From: a virus | Taxonomy: Duplodnaviria > Caudoviricetes | IMG/VR virus record: IMGVR_UViG_3300025030_001449 | Span: 1 to 64,000 of that record | Length of the DNA stretch: 64,000 nucleotides | Direction: 5' to 3' (one strand) | Shown: positions 10,206 through 20,485 of the stretch, piece by piece | Numbering within the stretch: the stretch's first letter is position 1 | Layout: each line of letters begins with the position of its first letter | Notes under the pieces: model-generated | The model's database searches: none | Told to the model about the DNA's origin: nothing | What the model saw: only the letters and a program-made list of their open reading frames with translations | Made by a program: the position numbers and the translations under genes

Positions 10206-10817
10206 ATGAATAACTTGAAAATATTAGGAATATCAATAGATGGAATAATCAGAGATTTTATTTCACAATTTATTAAAATATATAAAGAACAAATTGGTGA
10301 TCCACCAAAACAACCTTTAAACTCATATAAGTTGGAAGAACATTTTAAATTTAATGGTGGTATTGAGGAAATGAATTATTTTTTATATTTGGAAAATCCA
10401 TTGGAAATATTCGGACATGCTAACGAACAGTCATTTAATGTGATGAATGACATTCATAAGTTAAATGAGAAATTAAAAGAACATAATTGTATAATTAAAC
10501 TTATAAGTAAAGAGTTAGGTAAATCTAAACCAGCAACCCTGTTCTTTTTATCAAAGATAGGTTGTCAGATAGAAAATATTCAGTTTGTTTTAAAAGAAGA
10601 AGAAAAATGGGATTATTGTGATATATTATTGGATGTTAATCCTTTTTCTTTAAAATCTAAACCAGATAATAAAATAAGTATTAAATTTGATACTATATAT
10701 AATAAGGATGTTGATTCTAATTATGTGATAGATGATATAAAAGTATTGTTGGAAGATAATGAATTTTTAAATGAAATAATAAATTATGAATTTGTTAATT
10801 ATGAAGAAATTAAATAA
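10206..10817 (+). CDS. HAD-fold 5'(3')-deoxyribonucleotidase-like protein
   Basis: ILGISIDGIIRDF motif-I-like (first Asp replaced by Ser), K...DILLD...YN. Confidence 0.65.
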   Translation: MNNLKILGISIDGIIRDFISQFIKIYKEQIGDPPKQPLNSYKLEEHFKFNGGIEEMNYFLYLENPLEIFGHANEQSFNVMNDIHKLNEKLKEHNCIIKLISKELGKSKPATLFFLSKIGCQIENIQFVLKEEEKWDYCDILLDVNPFSLKSKPDNKISIKFDTIYNKDVDSNYVIDDIKVLLEDNEFLNEIINYEFVNYEEIK

Positions 10818-11057
10818 TTTTCTTTATAATTAATATTATAAGAAATATATATAAGGTGTGGTTTCTTGGTTTCCTTGAGTAAAAACTAGATACGATTAGT
10901 TGATCCCACCTTTTATTTTTACTATTTTTTTTAAAAATAATTAAATTTATTCTTTACTTTTTTTTAATATGTATTATTTTTGTTTCATGTTGTAAAATGG
11001 GCATACTATTCCATAATACAAATATAAATAAAAAAAGTGTAATTATCAAATAAAAAT

Positions 11058-11273
11058 ATGAAAAAAAAACATAATAGCGAAACATTAAGACCTGTATTAG
11101 TATACTATATTAATGTTGGAAATATAGAGGATAAAGATATTCAAGAATATATTAACAAAATAAAAATTAATATATCTTTAAAATCTGATGCATCTGGTAA
11201 GTTTACAGATATAACAGAATTATATATTCCAGTACGTGACAAATATACTCAGGTTGAGATAATGTGGATATAG
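11058..11273 (+). CDS. hypothetical protein
   Basis: ORF with A-rich leader. Confidence 0.6.
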   Translation: MKKKHNSETLRPVLVYYINVGNIEDKDIQEYINKIKINISLKSDASGKFTDITELYIPVRDKYTQVEIMWI

Positions 11274-11319
11274 ATAAAAATAATTAGAAAACATGAATGA
11301 TAAAAAATAATTAAAAAAT

Positions 11320-12462
11320 ATGAATGAACAAGAAACTAAAAAAGAACAAACTGTTGATGAAAAATTAGAAAAAATTAAAAAATCATTAAATAATTTAAAT
11401 AATAAAGAATTTAAAATTTTTATATTCTCCCCAAATATGGGTGGAAATCCTTCTGGAGGAATAGGGGTATTATATCAACATGCCAAAGTATTAAAAGAAT
11501 TAAATTATGATGTTAAAATCTTAACTGAAAAGAATGATTATAAAATACCTGAATGGTTGGGTGATAAATATTCTGGAATTGAACATGTGTCACTAGAAAC
11601 TACAAAATTACAAGTTAGCCCAGAAGATTTTTTAATTTTGCCCGAGGGATTTGGTAATCTTTTTGAGCAGACACAAAAACTATCATGCAAACGTGTTGTT
11701 TTAACACAATCATGGTATTATATTTTAAATTCATTAATGCCTGGGGCCACATGGAATAATTATGGATTAAGAGACACAATTGTTGTATCAGAACCACTTA
11801 AAAATTATTTAGAGAATCTTTTTGGAAAAGATAATTTAAATATAAAAATATGCAGACAATATATTGATGAAGATTTGTTTTATCCAAATAAAAAACCACA
11901 GAAACCCATTATTGCTATTTCTTCAAGAGATCAGATGCAGGGATTAAATATTATAAAACATTTTTATTTGAAATATCCCCAATATAGATGGATTAGTTTT
12001 AAAGATATGAAAGGAATGTCAAGGGAAGATTTTGCAGAAACATTAAGGGAATCTTGTTTGGGGGTATGGATTGATAAGATATCAGGATTTGGTACTTTTC
12101 CAATTGAATGTGCAAAATCAAATGTTCCGGTTATTAGTTTAATTCCTGATATAACTCCAGAATATGCAACAGACACAAGCTGTGTTTGGACAAATGAACT
12201 TTTAAGTATTCCAGATTTAATTGGTAACTGGATAAGATTATGGTTAGAGGATAATTTGCCAGAAGAAATTGTTAAAGGCACAAAAGAATTGGCAACAAAA
12301 TATGGTGAAGAAGATGGGAAGAAAGAAATTGAAAGAACATATAGGGAATTAATTAATGAAAGAAGAGAGGAATTTGAAAATTATATAAGGTCTAATAGAG
12401 AAATTAGTCAACCATTATTACTTCCAAAAGAGGAAGAATTGATAACAGAAGAAGTAAAATGA
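11320..12462 (+). CDS. GT-B fold glycosyltransferase (GT4-like)
   Basis: PSGGIGVLYQHA, ILPE, SGFGTFPIECAKS. Confidence 0.75.
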   Translation: MNEQETKKEQTVDEKLEKIKKSLNNLNNKEFKIFIFSPNMGGNPSGGIGVLYQHAKVLKELNYDVKILTEKNDYKIPEWLGDKYSGIEHVSLETTKLQVSPEDFLILPEGFGNLFEQTQKLSCKRVVLTQSWYYILNSLMPGATWNNYGLRDTIVVSEPLKNYLENLFGKDNLNIKICRQYIDEDLFYPNKKPQKPIIAISSRDQMQGLNIIKHFYLKYPQYRWISFKDMKGMSREDFAETLRESCLGVWIDKISGFGTFPIECAKSNVPVISLIPDITPEYATDTSCVWTNELLSIPDLIGNWIRLWLEDNLPEEIVKGTKELATKYGEEDGKKEIERTYRELINERREEFENYIRSNREISQPLLLPKEEELITEEVK

Positions 12463-12770
12463 ATAAGTTAAAAAGTAATAAACAGTTTAAAAAAATTAAA
12501 GAATCATACTATAAAATAAATGATAAGATTTTATATGAGTGTAATGATTCAAAAACAAGAGAACGTATTAAAATATTACTTAAAAAAGAATTACCATTTT
12601 TGAAGAATGTAATTTGTGATGAAACAAATAATTCTCCAGAAGTATTAGATAAACAAATATTGGTGGCAAGAATAGAATATCATAAAGATGAAGAACCAAA
12701 TACTGATACTTACAGTTATATGGATTTAATATTTGGGCGTAATATAGAATTGGAATGGTTGGGGGAATAA
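12459..12770 (+). CDS. mini-protein resembling tail-sheath C-terminal domain
   Basis: YECNDSKTR...VICDETNNSPEVLDKQILVARI resembles the gp18-type FExND..TR / CDxTNNTPxVID motif. Confidence 0.55.
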   Translation: MNKLKSNKQFKKIKESYYKINDKILYECNDSKTRERIKILLKKELPFLKNVICDETNNSPEVLDKQILVARIEYHKDEEPNTDTYSYMDLIFGRNIELEWLGE

Positions 12771-12795
12771 TAATAAAAAATTAAAATAATAAATT

Positions 12796-13122
12796 ATGAA
12801 AAAACTATTTAAAAAATTATTTCCTTTTATATATAAAAGAGAAAAAGTAGAAAATATAGTATTTAATAAACATGATTCAAATATAAAAAAAATAAGAAAA
12901 GAAATGGAAATAATTAAAAAACTAAAAGACAAAATATATGATAATAGATCATTAAATAATAAACTTTATAAACTTAAAAAAAAACAAGAAAAAGAAACAG
13001 ATAAATATTTAAAGGATATGGCACATGAAAATAAAATAATAAATGGTGAATATGATATGTCAAATAAAAACCCATTTATAAAAATTATGAAAAAAAATAT
13101 ATATATTATAAGAAAATATTAA
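12796..13122 (+). CDS. hypothetical protein (MKKLFKKLFPF N-terminus)
   Basis: N-terminus shared with 13286. Confidence 0.6.
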   Translation: MKKLFKKLFPFIYKREKVENIVFNKHDSNIKKIRKEMEIIKKLKDKIYDNRSLNNKLYKLKKKQEKETDKYLKDMAHENKIINGEYDMSNKNPFIKIMKKNIYIIRKY

Positions 13123-13285
13123 AAAATAGAAAAGATAAAATAATGGAATCAGAAAAATCAATTCTTGAATTAAGTCAGGAATATAATAATGGTAATGGTA
13201 AAATAAATAAACAATTATTTTTTAAATATAAAGTAGAAGAACATGGGTATATGTAAAATAAAATGAAAAAAATAAATAAAAAATT

Positions 13286-13636
13286 ATGAAAAACATATTT
13301 AAAAAGTTATTTCCTTTTTTATATAAAAGAGAAAATGAAATTAATGAAAAATTTAATATTATTAATATTGTATTGTCTAACATAAAAAAAGAAATAGAGA
13401 AATTAAAAAACATAACAAATGATTTTGAAGAAATTAAAAAAAACTATATGATAAAAAATATCTTAAAAGGAAAAGATTTGATTAAAAGAATGAAAAAAGT
13501 AGGCTCAAAAAATATTCAAGAGATTTTGTCATATAATTTAAAGGGATATGAACCCAAATTAACATCAGAACAAAGAATAAAATTAATAAAAAGAAATAAT
13601 CCTGAACTATTAAGGGATTTAATAGATAATAATTAA
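13286..13636 (+). CDS. hypothetical protein (MKNIFKKLFPF N-terminus)
   Basis: N-terminus shared with 12796. Confidence 0.6.
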   Translation: MKNIFKKLFPFLYKRENEINEKFNIINIVLSNIKKEIEKLKNITNDFEEIKKNYMIKNILKGKDLIKRMKKVGSKNIQEILSYNLKGYEPKLTSEQRIKLIKRNNPELLRDLIDNN

Positions 13637-13640
13637 AATT

Positions 13641-14099
13641 ATGAAAATAGATAAAAGACCAAAAAAGAGACAATCATATGATGTACTTACATCGAGTGAT
13701 TCTTGTTATGAATTAAAAAAAAATAATAGATTTATTGTTGAGTTTCCATTTCCAGAGGAATATAAAATAGATCCATGGTTGGTCCAAAAAATAAATGGAC
13801 CCACCTATGATGTTTTAAATGATAAATGGGAAAATATGATAATAGAATTTATAGATCCAATTGGCCCTTCTGTAACCCAAAGATTATTTCATATATCAAG
13901 GTTAATGAATGAGGAAAAATATGATAGGGATTTTATTTTTTTTATTATATCTACCGATCCTACGGGTGTAGATATTGAACGATGGGAAATTTTAGGTAAA
14001 TTTAAACGTATAGAATTTGTGAATAACGATTATAATAACGATGAACCAAGAATAGTAAAATTAGAAATAATACCAATAAATTGTATATTAAAATATTAA
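13641..14099 (+). CDS. tail-tube (gp19-like) paralog
   Basis: NRFIVEFP...W..I.F.DPIGPS...DPTGVDIERW...DY pattern. Confidence 0.6.
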   Translation: MKIDKRPKKRQSYDVLTSSDSCYELKKNNRFIVEFPFPEEYKIDPWLVQKINGPTYDVLNDKWENMIIEFIDPIGPSVTQRLFHISRLMNEEKYDRDFIFFIISTDPTGVDIERWEILGKFKRIEFVNNDYNNDEPRIVKLEIIPINCILKY

Positions 14100-14103
14100 A
14101 ATT

Positions 14104-14907
14104 ATGAAAGAAAAAACACAGGAAACAATATCGGTTATATTACCGATTCATGAATTAACAGAAATAACAATAGATTTATTTAAAAAATCATTAACATCAG
14201 TTGAGATACAACAAGTTAAACCTGATGAGGTATTAATAGTACATACACCACAAATAAAGATTAAAATTGAAGAAGTTTTAAAAGAATTGAAATTAGATAT
14301 TAATTTTTATAAATTAATTGAAAATAAATCAGATAAAACGGATTTTTGTTCACAAATAAATTTGGGGGTTGATAGTTGTAAAAATAACTATTTTAGTATA
14401 TTGGAGGCAGATGATGAATATTCGAAGGTATGGTTTAAAAATGTAAAAGAACATATTAAACATTATCCTGATACTGGGGTATTTTTACCCATTACTGTAG
14501 AAGTGGACACGGATAATAAATTTCAAGCATTTACAAATGAATCAATATGGGCACTGGGGTTTTCTGAAACTGTTGGATATTTGGATATAAATACTTTATT
14601 GAGATATCCAAATTTTAGTACAAGCGGTGCAGTATTTAAAAAAGAAAATTTTGTTGAGGTTGGGAAATTTAAAACAAATATTAAATTATCATTTATGTAT
14701 GAATTATTATTGAGAATTGCAAATGATGATATTCCAATAACAACAATTCCAAAATTAGGATATTTGCATAAAAATGGTCGTCCTGGTTCATTGTTTGATA
14801 CATATAGAAAAGAATTGAGTCCAAAACTCGCATCTTTTTATTTGGGATTGGCAAAATCAGAATACTTTTTTTCCAATGAAAGAAAAGTGGAAGAACCTGT
14901 TAATTAA
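14104..14907 (+). CDS. GT-A fold glycosyltransferase (GT2-like)
   Basis: ISVILPIH, INLGV, ILEADDEY (DxD-like). Confidence 0.75.
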   Translation: MKEKTQETISVILPIHELTEITIDLFKKSLTSVEIQQVKPDEVLIVHTPQIKIKIEEVLKELKLDINFYKLIENKSDKTDFCSQINLGVDSCKNNYFSILEADDEYSKVWFKNVKEHIKHYPDTGVFLPITVEVDTDNKFQAFTNESIWALGFSETVGYLDINTLLRYPNFSTSGAVFKKENFVEVGKFKTNIKLSFMYELLLRIANDDIPITTIPKLGYLHKNGRPGSLFDTYRKELSPKLASFYLGLAKSEYFFSNERKVEEPVN

Positions 14908-14974
14908 AATTGTTTCTATAATCAGTTATTATTTTAAAAAAAATAATAACACAATACAATAAAAAAATGAATAC

Positions 14975-15691
14975 TTGGCAAGAAAAAGAAAAGGATATTG
15001 GTATCAAAATGAAGAACAAGCCGTTATAGATTATTTGAAATCTGATGATGCAGAAGAAAAAGATAAAATATATTTAGAAAAATTAAAATACCCACTGTCA
15101 AAAATGATAGAAAGTATTTTAAGAAGATATAAGTTATATAATAAAGAATTTAATGAGGATGATTTACAAAAAGATGTATTATCATTTATTGTAACTAAAT
15201 TTGATAAGTTTGACTCTACAAAAGGATTTAAATCATATTCTTATTTTGGCACTATATGTAAAAATTATTTACGAGGCCAATTAATTAAATCAGATAAAAA
15301 TAAAGTTAGGAACGTATCTTATGAGGATATATCGACAGCTCTTGAAAATGATCCAGAATTAACATATGAGCTAGTACATGAGTTACCATTAGAAAGTACA
15401 AAATTTATTAAAAAAATAATTAAAGAAATAAAACAAGAAATAGATATAAATAAAAATCTTAAAATTAATGAAGTAAAAGTTGGATATTCAGTAATTGATA
15501 TTTTAGAAAATTGGGAGACCATATTTAATATTGATAATTATGAAAGGGGTAGTAATATTTATGCAAAAAATAAAGTATTATATGTATTAAGAGAAATGAC
15601 ACTTTTAAATTCAAAAGAAATAAGAAATGCTTTAAAAATATATAGATCAATATATGAACTATTAAAAAAAGAAATATATATTGACAAATAA
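14975..15691 (+). CDS. phage late sigma factor (T4 gp55-like)
   Basis: DDLQKDVLSF..KFDSTKGFKSYSYFGTICKNYL resembles sigma region 2; TTG start. Confidence 0.65.
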   Translation: MARKRKGYWYQNEEQAVIDYLKSDDAEEKDKIYLEKLKYPLSKMIESILRRYKLYNKEFNEDDLQKDVLSFIVTKFDKFDSTKGFKSYSYFGTICKNYLRGQLIKSDKNKVRNVSYEDISTALENDPELTYELVHELPLESTKFIKKIIKEIKQEIDINKNLKINEVKVGYSVIDILENWETIFNIDNYERGSNIYAKNKVLYVLREMTLLNSKEIRNALKIYRSIYELLKKEIYIDK

Positions 15692-16946
15692 ACTACCCAC
15701 CCACGCTAAAGCGATGGAATGGGTTTTAAACCTAAGAACGAATGCACTTGACAGTACAACATACTTGGTTTTTCAGGATGGTTTATAGTCATCCCCAACA
15801 ACGCTATATTTTTAGCTGCATTCACATCAGCATCAAACACAGAGTTGCAGTTATTACAAGTAAACTTTTTACCTTGTCTATTGCCTATATGCAGGCAATT
15901 ATGGCACGTTTTACTCGTATATTCAGGTGGCACAACAATCAACTTAATACCATTAAGCAAACATTTGTAGGTAAGAAAACTTCTCAATTGATTAAAGTTC
16001 CATTTTCCTATTTTGCTTCTAAACTTCTTGCCTTTTTTATTAGCAGAAAAACGAATGCCTTTAAGATTTTCAATAGCAATTCCTTTTCCTTCTTTTTTGG
16101 CAATAGAAACAATTTGCTTACTAATAGTGTGATTAATTATTGTAGCTGTAGTCCGTTCTTTTCCAGAAAGCCTTTTCAAAACACGCTTTGCGTTCTTCGT
16201 GCATTTGGATTGGAGCGAACTTCTAACTTTTTGTCTTTTTTCTCTATAATCTGTAAGTTTTTTAGAATTAAATTTTTTTCCATTGCTAAGCGTTGCAATT
16301 TCAAGAAGGCCCATATCAATACCGATAAAACTTTCAACATTTTTAATATCTTCTTCTGGAATTTCAACTGTTTGGAAAAGGTAAAACTTGCCTTTTTTAA
16401 ATACCAAATCTGCTTCGCCCTTTATGTAAGGAATATATTTTTGATTGTGGCAGACAAATGGAATTTTCAATCTGCCTCCGATAGCCCAAATAGAAACAAT
16501 GTTAGTTGGCTTGTAAGTAAGTATTCGGCTATCGTAAGAAATACCTCCAAGTGGTTTAAATTCTCTTTTAATTTTTTTGTCAAGTTTATAAGCATCAGCA
16601 ACCTTAGAAATACAACGGACAACCATTTGAGCAGAAAGATTAAAACTATTTTTTATTCTGTGATATGTTTCGTAATGCAATTTAAAATTATTGAAAATAT
16701 GCTTTCCCCAAGCAATTTCAGATATATCATCGCAAACAGAATTAGCTTCCTTCATAGTTTCAAGAAGCAAATTAGCCTGTTCATCAGTAGGCAAAAGTTT
16801 TATTTTCAATGTCAATTTCATAAATATAAATATCAAAATAAACAAAATAATTTCATATATTTAATAAATAATTTACTAATTAAAAGAGAACGGCAATTCC
16901 TCCCATTGGTCACGAAGTGCCAATGGGTTTCCTTGCCTAAAGTAAT
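15688..16946 (-). mobile_element. IS200/IS605-family tnpB-only (IS1341-type) element
   Basis: left-end hairpin 16892-16937, TTTAT 5' flank (16951-16947), right end ...GGGTAGTTTAT; removal restores GAC AAA TAA of the sigma gene. Confidence 0.8.
15706..16821 (-). CDS. tnpB: RNA-guided endonuclease TnpB
   Basis: RuvC GIDMG / IENL / DADVNAA, Zn finger CHNC..CNNC; start re-assigned to MKLTLK. Confidence 0.92.
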   Translation of the reverse strand: MKLTLKIKLLPTDEQANLLLETMKEANSVCDDISEIAWGKHIFNNFKLHYETYHRIKNSFNLSAQMVVRCISKVADAYKLDKKIKREFKPLGGISYDSRILTYKPTNIVSIWAIGGRLKIPFVCHNQKYIPYIKGEADLVFKKGKFYLFQTVEIPEEDIKNVESFIGIDMGLLEIATLSNGKKFNSKKLTDYREKRQKVRSSLQSKCTKNAKRVLKRLSGKERTTATIINHTISKQIVSIAKKEGKGIAIENLKGIRFSANKKGKKFRSKIGKWNFNQLRSFLTYKCLLNGIKLIVVPPEYTSKTCHNCLHIGNRQGKKFTCNNCNSVFDADVNAAKNIALLGMTINHPEKPSMLYCQVHSFLGLKPIPSL

Positions 16947-17057
16947 ATAAAAATTTTCAGTTATGGTAAGAATAAATGGGAATTAAATTAAGTTTTGGTC
17001 TCCTTTTTTAATAATATGACTATTTATATAATAATCATAAATTAAAATTAAAAAACG

Positions 17058-17501
17058 ATGGGGAGACCAAAAAAATTAAAAATTAAACTTACCAGTGAAT
17101 CATTAACTGATTTATTACAAGAATCTTATTCTCAATTAGCAGAACAAAGAAATATTGCTTTAAGACAATATAATTCACAGACTAAAAACATTAAACAAAC
17201 ATCAGATATTGCATTGGTTGGGAAAACTAATGCTGAATTATTAAAAATAATTGATAGTTCAATTGAGAAAAAAATAAGTATAGCCAGATTATTAAAAGAT
17301 ATTGTTTATAGGGAAAATAATGATAATCGGGGTAATGATGGAGAACTTTCTGTGGAGGAAAGAAAATTAGTATTTGAAGCAATAAATAGGGAAGGTTCAA
17401 ATGTATTGAAAGAAAAATTGGAAAAATCAAAGGTTGAGTTAGATTATGGCAATTTATCTGATGATACAAAATCTTCAGATAGTTCAGAAGATTTAGAATA
17501 G
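17058..17501 (+). CDS. hypothetical late protein
   Basis: TATTTATA at 17021; first gene of coupled module. Confidence 0.65.
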   Translation: MGRPKKLKIKLTSESLTDLLQESYSQLAEQRNIALRQYNSQTKNIKQTSDIALVGKTNAELLKIIDSSIEKKISIARLLKDIVYRENNDNRGNDGELSVEERKLVFEAINREGSNVLKEKLEKSKVELDYGNLSDDTKSSDSSEDLE

Positions 17502-18874
17502 TGGCACTAAAAGGAAAAGATAAGGTTGACATAATAAGGAATCAAATACGTGCATATAAAAGCATGCAAACAGTTCCTGAATTAAAAAAATTAAAAAGAC
17601 CAGAGAAAGGCGCAGTTTCTTTTTTATTATCACTTTTAATTGAACTTGTTGGACCAGAAGTTATAAAACAAATTATTATTTCTTTCTTAACAAAAAATCT
17701 TATAAAAGGAGAAAATTCTATTAAAAATTCATTAAAAAATTTATTAGTATCAGACAATTCTTCCAAAGGGTCCAATATTCCTAATGAAATAAAAAATGGA
17801 TTTAAAATTCCTTTAAATAAATTGGATAAATGTGGGGCAGTATTAAAAACTGACCCAAATACAAAAGAAGGAAAAGATATGATAATTCCTGGTAGCATGG
17901 ATGATCATTTACAAAAATCCATTAATAATACCTTAAATAGTTTTAGTTTTAGTAATTATAAAAGTGTTTTGGAAACACAATATAATAATAGTGATGATAC
18001 CATATCACTAAAATCACACACATCTCAAAATAATAATTCCTTTTCTTTATTTTTAGTAAATTATATTGATTCGATGAATATAATTAATTCAAAACCACTT
18101 ATTAAAACAGTTATTGATTTTATGTTTGGGAATTTAACACCCTTAAAATATTCAATAGAATGTTTAATTGAAAAATTAAAAACTGATAAAATACTTGAAA
18201 AAATAAAGGATGATGTAAGTGAAGATGATGTTGTGTTATTTGATTTTACAAATAAAGAATTAAATGATATTGAAAAAGAAGCAGAACAATTAATTAAAGG
18301 AAATAAGAAAATTGATCTGGGGTGTGGATTTATGGAAATGAATTTTGATATTGATGAAATAAATAATATTATTGATGGGTTAGAGAACATTGGGGAATCC
18401 TCAATTCAACAAGTTACAAATGTTGTTGATAATATGGAAAATCATGTTGCTTCAAATAATCTAACAACTGTTCAGCAAAAAGAAAATCAATCAACTGTTA
18501 AAAATGGGTTTGCGAGAGGATTTTTAGAAATAATTGAACTTTATTTAATAAGACAGGCTATATTGGGTCCACAAATGCAGATGTTATTTATGTTAATTGA
18601 TGTATTTAAAGGAAATTTAGATATTGTCGGGGGAGAACTACAAGATAGTTCAGAAAGTCTAACACAGGACTTAAAAAACAGGAAATCTTTGATTAAAAAC
18701 TTAACAAAACAAACTAAAAGTATTATAACCCAGGCAATTTTTGAAAAATTTACAACAGAGTGTAATAAATTGAAAAGTAGTATTATTCCAAAATATGCAA
18801 AAGATGTATTTGGAATTTATGGAAAACAAATGGCTGGGTTGATAGGAATTAGGGACCAGGGGGTAATAGGTTAA
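17501..18874 (+). CDS. hypothetical helical virion/baseplate-module protein
   Basis: GTG start coupled to upstream stop; context. Confidence 0.6.
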   Translation: MALKGKDKVDIIRNQIRAYKSMQTVPELKKLKRPEKGAVSFLLSLLIELVGPEVIKQIIISFLTKNLIKGENSIKNSLKNLLVSDNSSKGSNIPNEIKNGFKIPLNKLDKCGAVLKTDPNTKEGKDMIIPGSMDDHLQKSINNTLNSFSFSNYKSVLETQYNNSDDTISLKSHTSQNNNSFSLFLVNYIDSMNIINSKPLIKTVIDFMFGNLTPLKYSIECLIEKLKTDKILEKIKDDVSEDDVVLFDFTNKELNDIEKEAEQLIKGNKKIDLGCGFMEMNFDIDEINNIIDGLENIGESSIQQVTNVVDNMENHVASNNLTTVQQKENQSTVKNGFARGFLEIIELYLIRQAILGPQMQMLFMLIDVFKGNLDIVGGELQDSSESLTQDLKNRKSLIKNLTKQTKSIITQAIFEKFTTECNKLKSSIIPKYAKDVFGIYGKQMAGLIGIRDQGVIG

Positions 18875-18913
18875 AATTTTGTTTTTAAAATATTTATATA
18901 AAAAAATAATATT

Positions 18914-19300
18914 ATGGCAAAAATAGATTTTTGTAGTTTTGAATCGGTTCTTGAGGGTGTAAAAAGATGTTTGTTAATTCCACGACCAAAAGTCCCTCGA
19001 ATACCATCTTTTTTGGTATTATTGGCTAAAGCCAGACCTGGGCTTAGCAGTTCAAAAATAACAGCAGGTATTTTATCAAGACGAAGTGAGGCAGGAATAA
19101 ATCCATTAAGTCCTGAAATGGAAAAATTAATTAGAATAATTGTAGAAGAAATAGTGGAGGGAATAACTCAAGATGCTAGAATGACAATTGCAATAAATCC
19201 AGGAATTCCAGTAACTGCCGGAGGTGCAAATGCTGCCGGCCCGGTGATTTGTCAGGGCAGCACTACTGCACCCGGTTCGGGAACTGGTGTTATCCAATAA
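18914..19300 (+). CDS. putative baseplate spike-associated protein
   Basis: Gly/Ala-rich C-terminus PGIPVTAGGANAAGPV; next to gp5-like gene. Confidence 0.45.
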   Translation: MAKIDFCSFESVLEGVKRCLLIPRPKVPRIPSFLVLLAKARPGLSSSKITAGILSRRSEAGINPLSPEMEKLIRIIVEEIVEGITQDARMTIAINPGIPVTAGGANAAGPVICQGSTTAPGSGTGVIQ

Positions 19301-19313
19301 AATAAAATTTAAC

Positions 19314-19493
19314 ATGATTAAACAAATTGATAAACTAACAAATAATGAACTTTTAAGAAAAATTCAGGATTTAACTGAAAAACATGAAAGATTAAAATCT
19401 GAAATAATTATTAAATGTGGAGAAGTGGATATGTGTGAAATTGAATATAATAAATTAATGGAACATCTTGGTAAGAGAATGGGCAAAAAATAA
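19314..19493 (+). CDS. small coiled-coil protein
   Basis: start re-assigned to ATG 19314. Confidence 0.55.
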   Translation: MIKQIDKLTNNELLRKIQDLTEKHERLKSEIIIKCGEVDMCEIEYNKLMEHLGKRMGKK

Positions 19494-19500
19494 TTAAAAA

Positions 19501-20430
19501 ATGGCAGGACTTTTTCCTAAAGTAATAAATGACAATAGAACATCAATAAATGGAACTGACAATACCATATATATTGGTAGAGTTGTTTCATTATCCAATG
19601 ATATTTTTGATGATTATAGAATTAAAGTTAGATTAAAAGGTATTGATGATAAAACATCAGACAAAGATTTGGTATTATGTGATCCCTTTCTTCCAAAACA
19701 TTTAAAGATTATTCCAAAAGTGGGGGAGTGGGTTAAAATATTATTTTGGAATACTTCTAATAAATCTCAACATAGAGAATGGTGTGGCCCAATTATATCA
19801 CAACCACAAAAATTAAAAAAAGATTCAGAATCACCATTTTCAACACAGACATTATCTATTTTATCCCCGGAAACATCAAAAGAGGTTTTGGCAGACGCAA
19901 GGGGGGTTTATCCAGAAAAAGATGATATCGCATTACAGGGAAGAGATAATACCGATATAATACAAAGAGAAAGAGAAATAGTACTGAGAAGTGGAAAACA
20001 TAAGATTGACGATAATTTGAAATTAAATAAGGATAACCCATCATTTGTTCATCAAAAAATATCAGATGATGGCAAAGTATCAAATACCAATATTATTGCA
20101 AATAAAATTAATTTAATAACACATGATGGTTCCCCCACATTCAGGGGAATGATAAAAGATAAAAATTCAGATGATATTATTGAAATGTTTTCTGGTAAAA
20201 TATCAGATAAAATTCAAAAACAAATAAATGAAAATAGTCATTCTGTTATCTATGGAGATAAAATGGTAGAATTTATTGAATTAATAAAGAAATTCTTATC
20301 AGAGCACAGTCACAGTTATGCGGGCGGGCCCACAAACGAAACTTCACCTGGCTGGGATACTTTACAAAAAATATTAAAATTTGATTTAAATGAAGGTTCA
20401 TTTAGATCAAAAAATGTTAAAATAAATTAA
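19501..20430 (+). CDS. baseplate central spike/hub (gp5/gpV OB-fold-like)
   Basis: GRVVS..D..RIKVR...P.VGEWV OB pattern; C-terminal HSH. Confidence 0.65.
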   Translation: MAGLFPKVINDNRTSINGTDNTIYIGRVVSLSNDIFDDYRIKVRLKGIDDKTSDKDLVLCDPFLPKHLKIIPKVGEWVKILFWNTSNKSQHREWCGPIISQPQKLKKDSESPFSTQTLSILSPETSKEVLADARGVYPEKDDIALQGRDNTDIIQREREIVLRSGKHKIDDNLKLNKDNPSFVHQKISDDGKVSNTNIIANKINLITHDGSPTFRGMIKDKNSDDIIEMFSGKISDKIQKQINENSHSVIYGDKMVEFIELIKKFLSEHSHSYAGGPTNETSPGWDTLQKILKFDLNEGSFRSKNVKIN

Positions 20431-20485
20431 AAAAGATATAACTTTTTATTATAAAGTGATATTTATATAAAAAAAATAATTCCAA

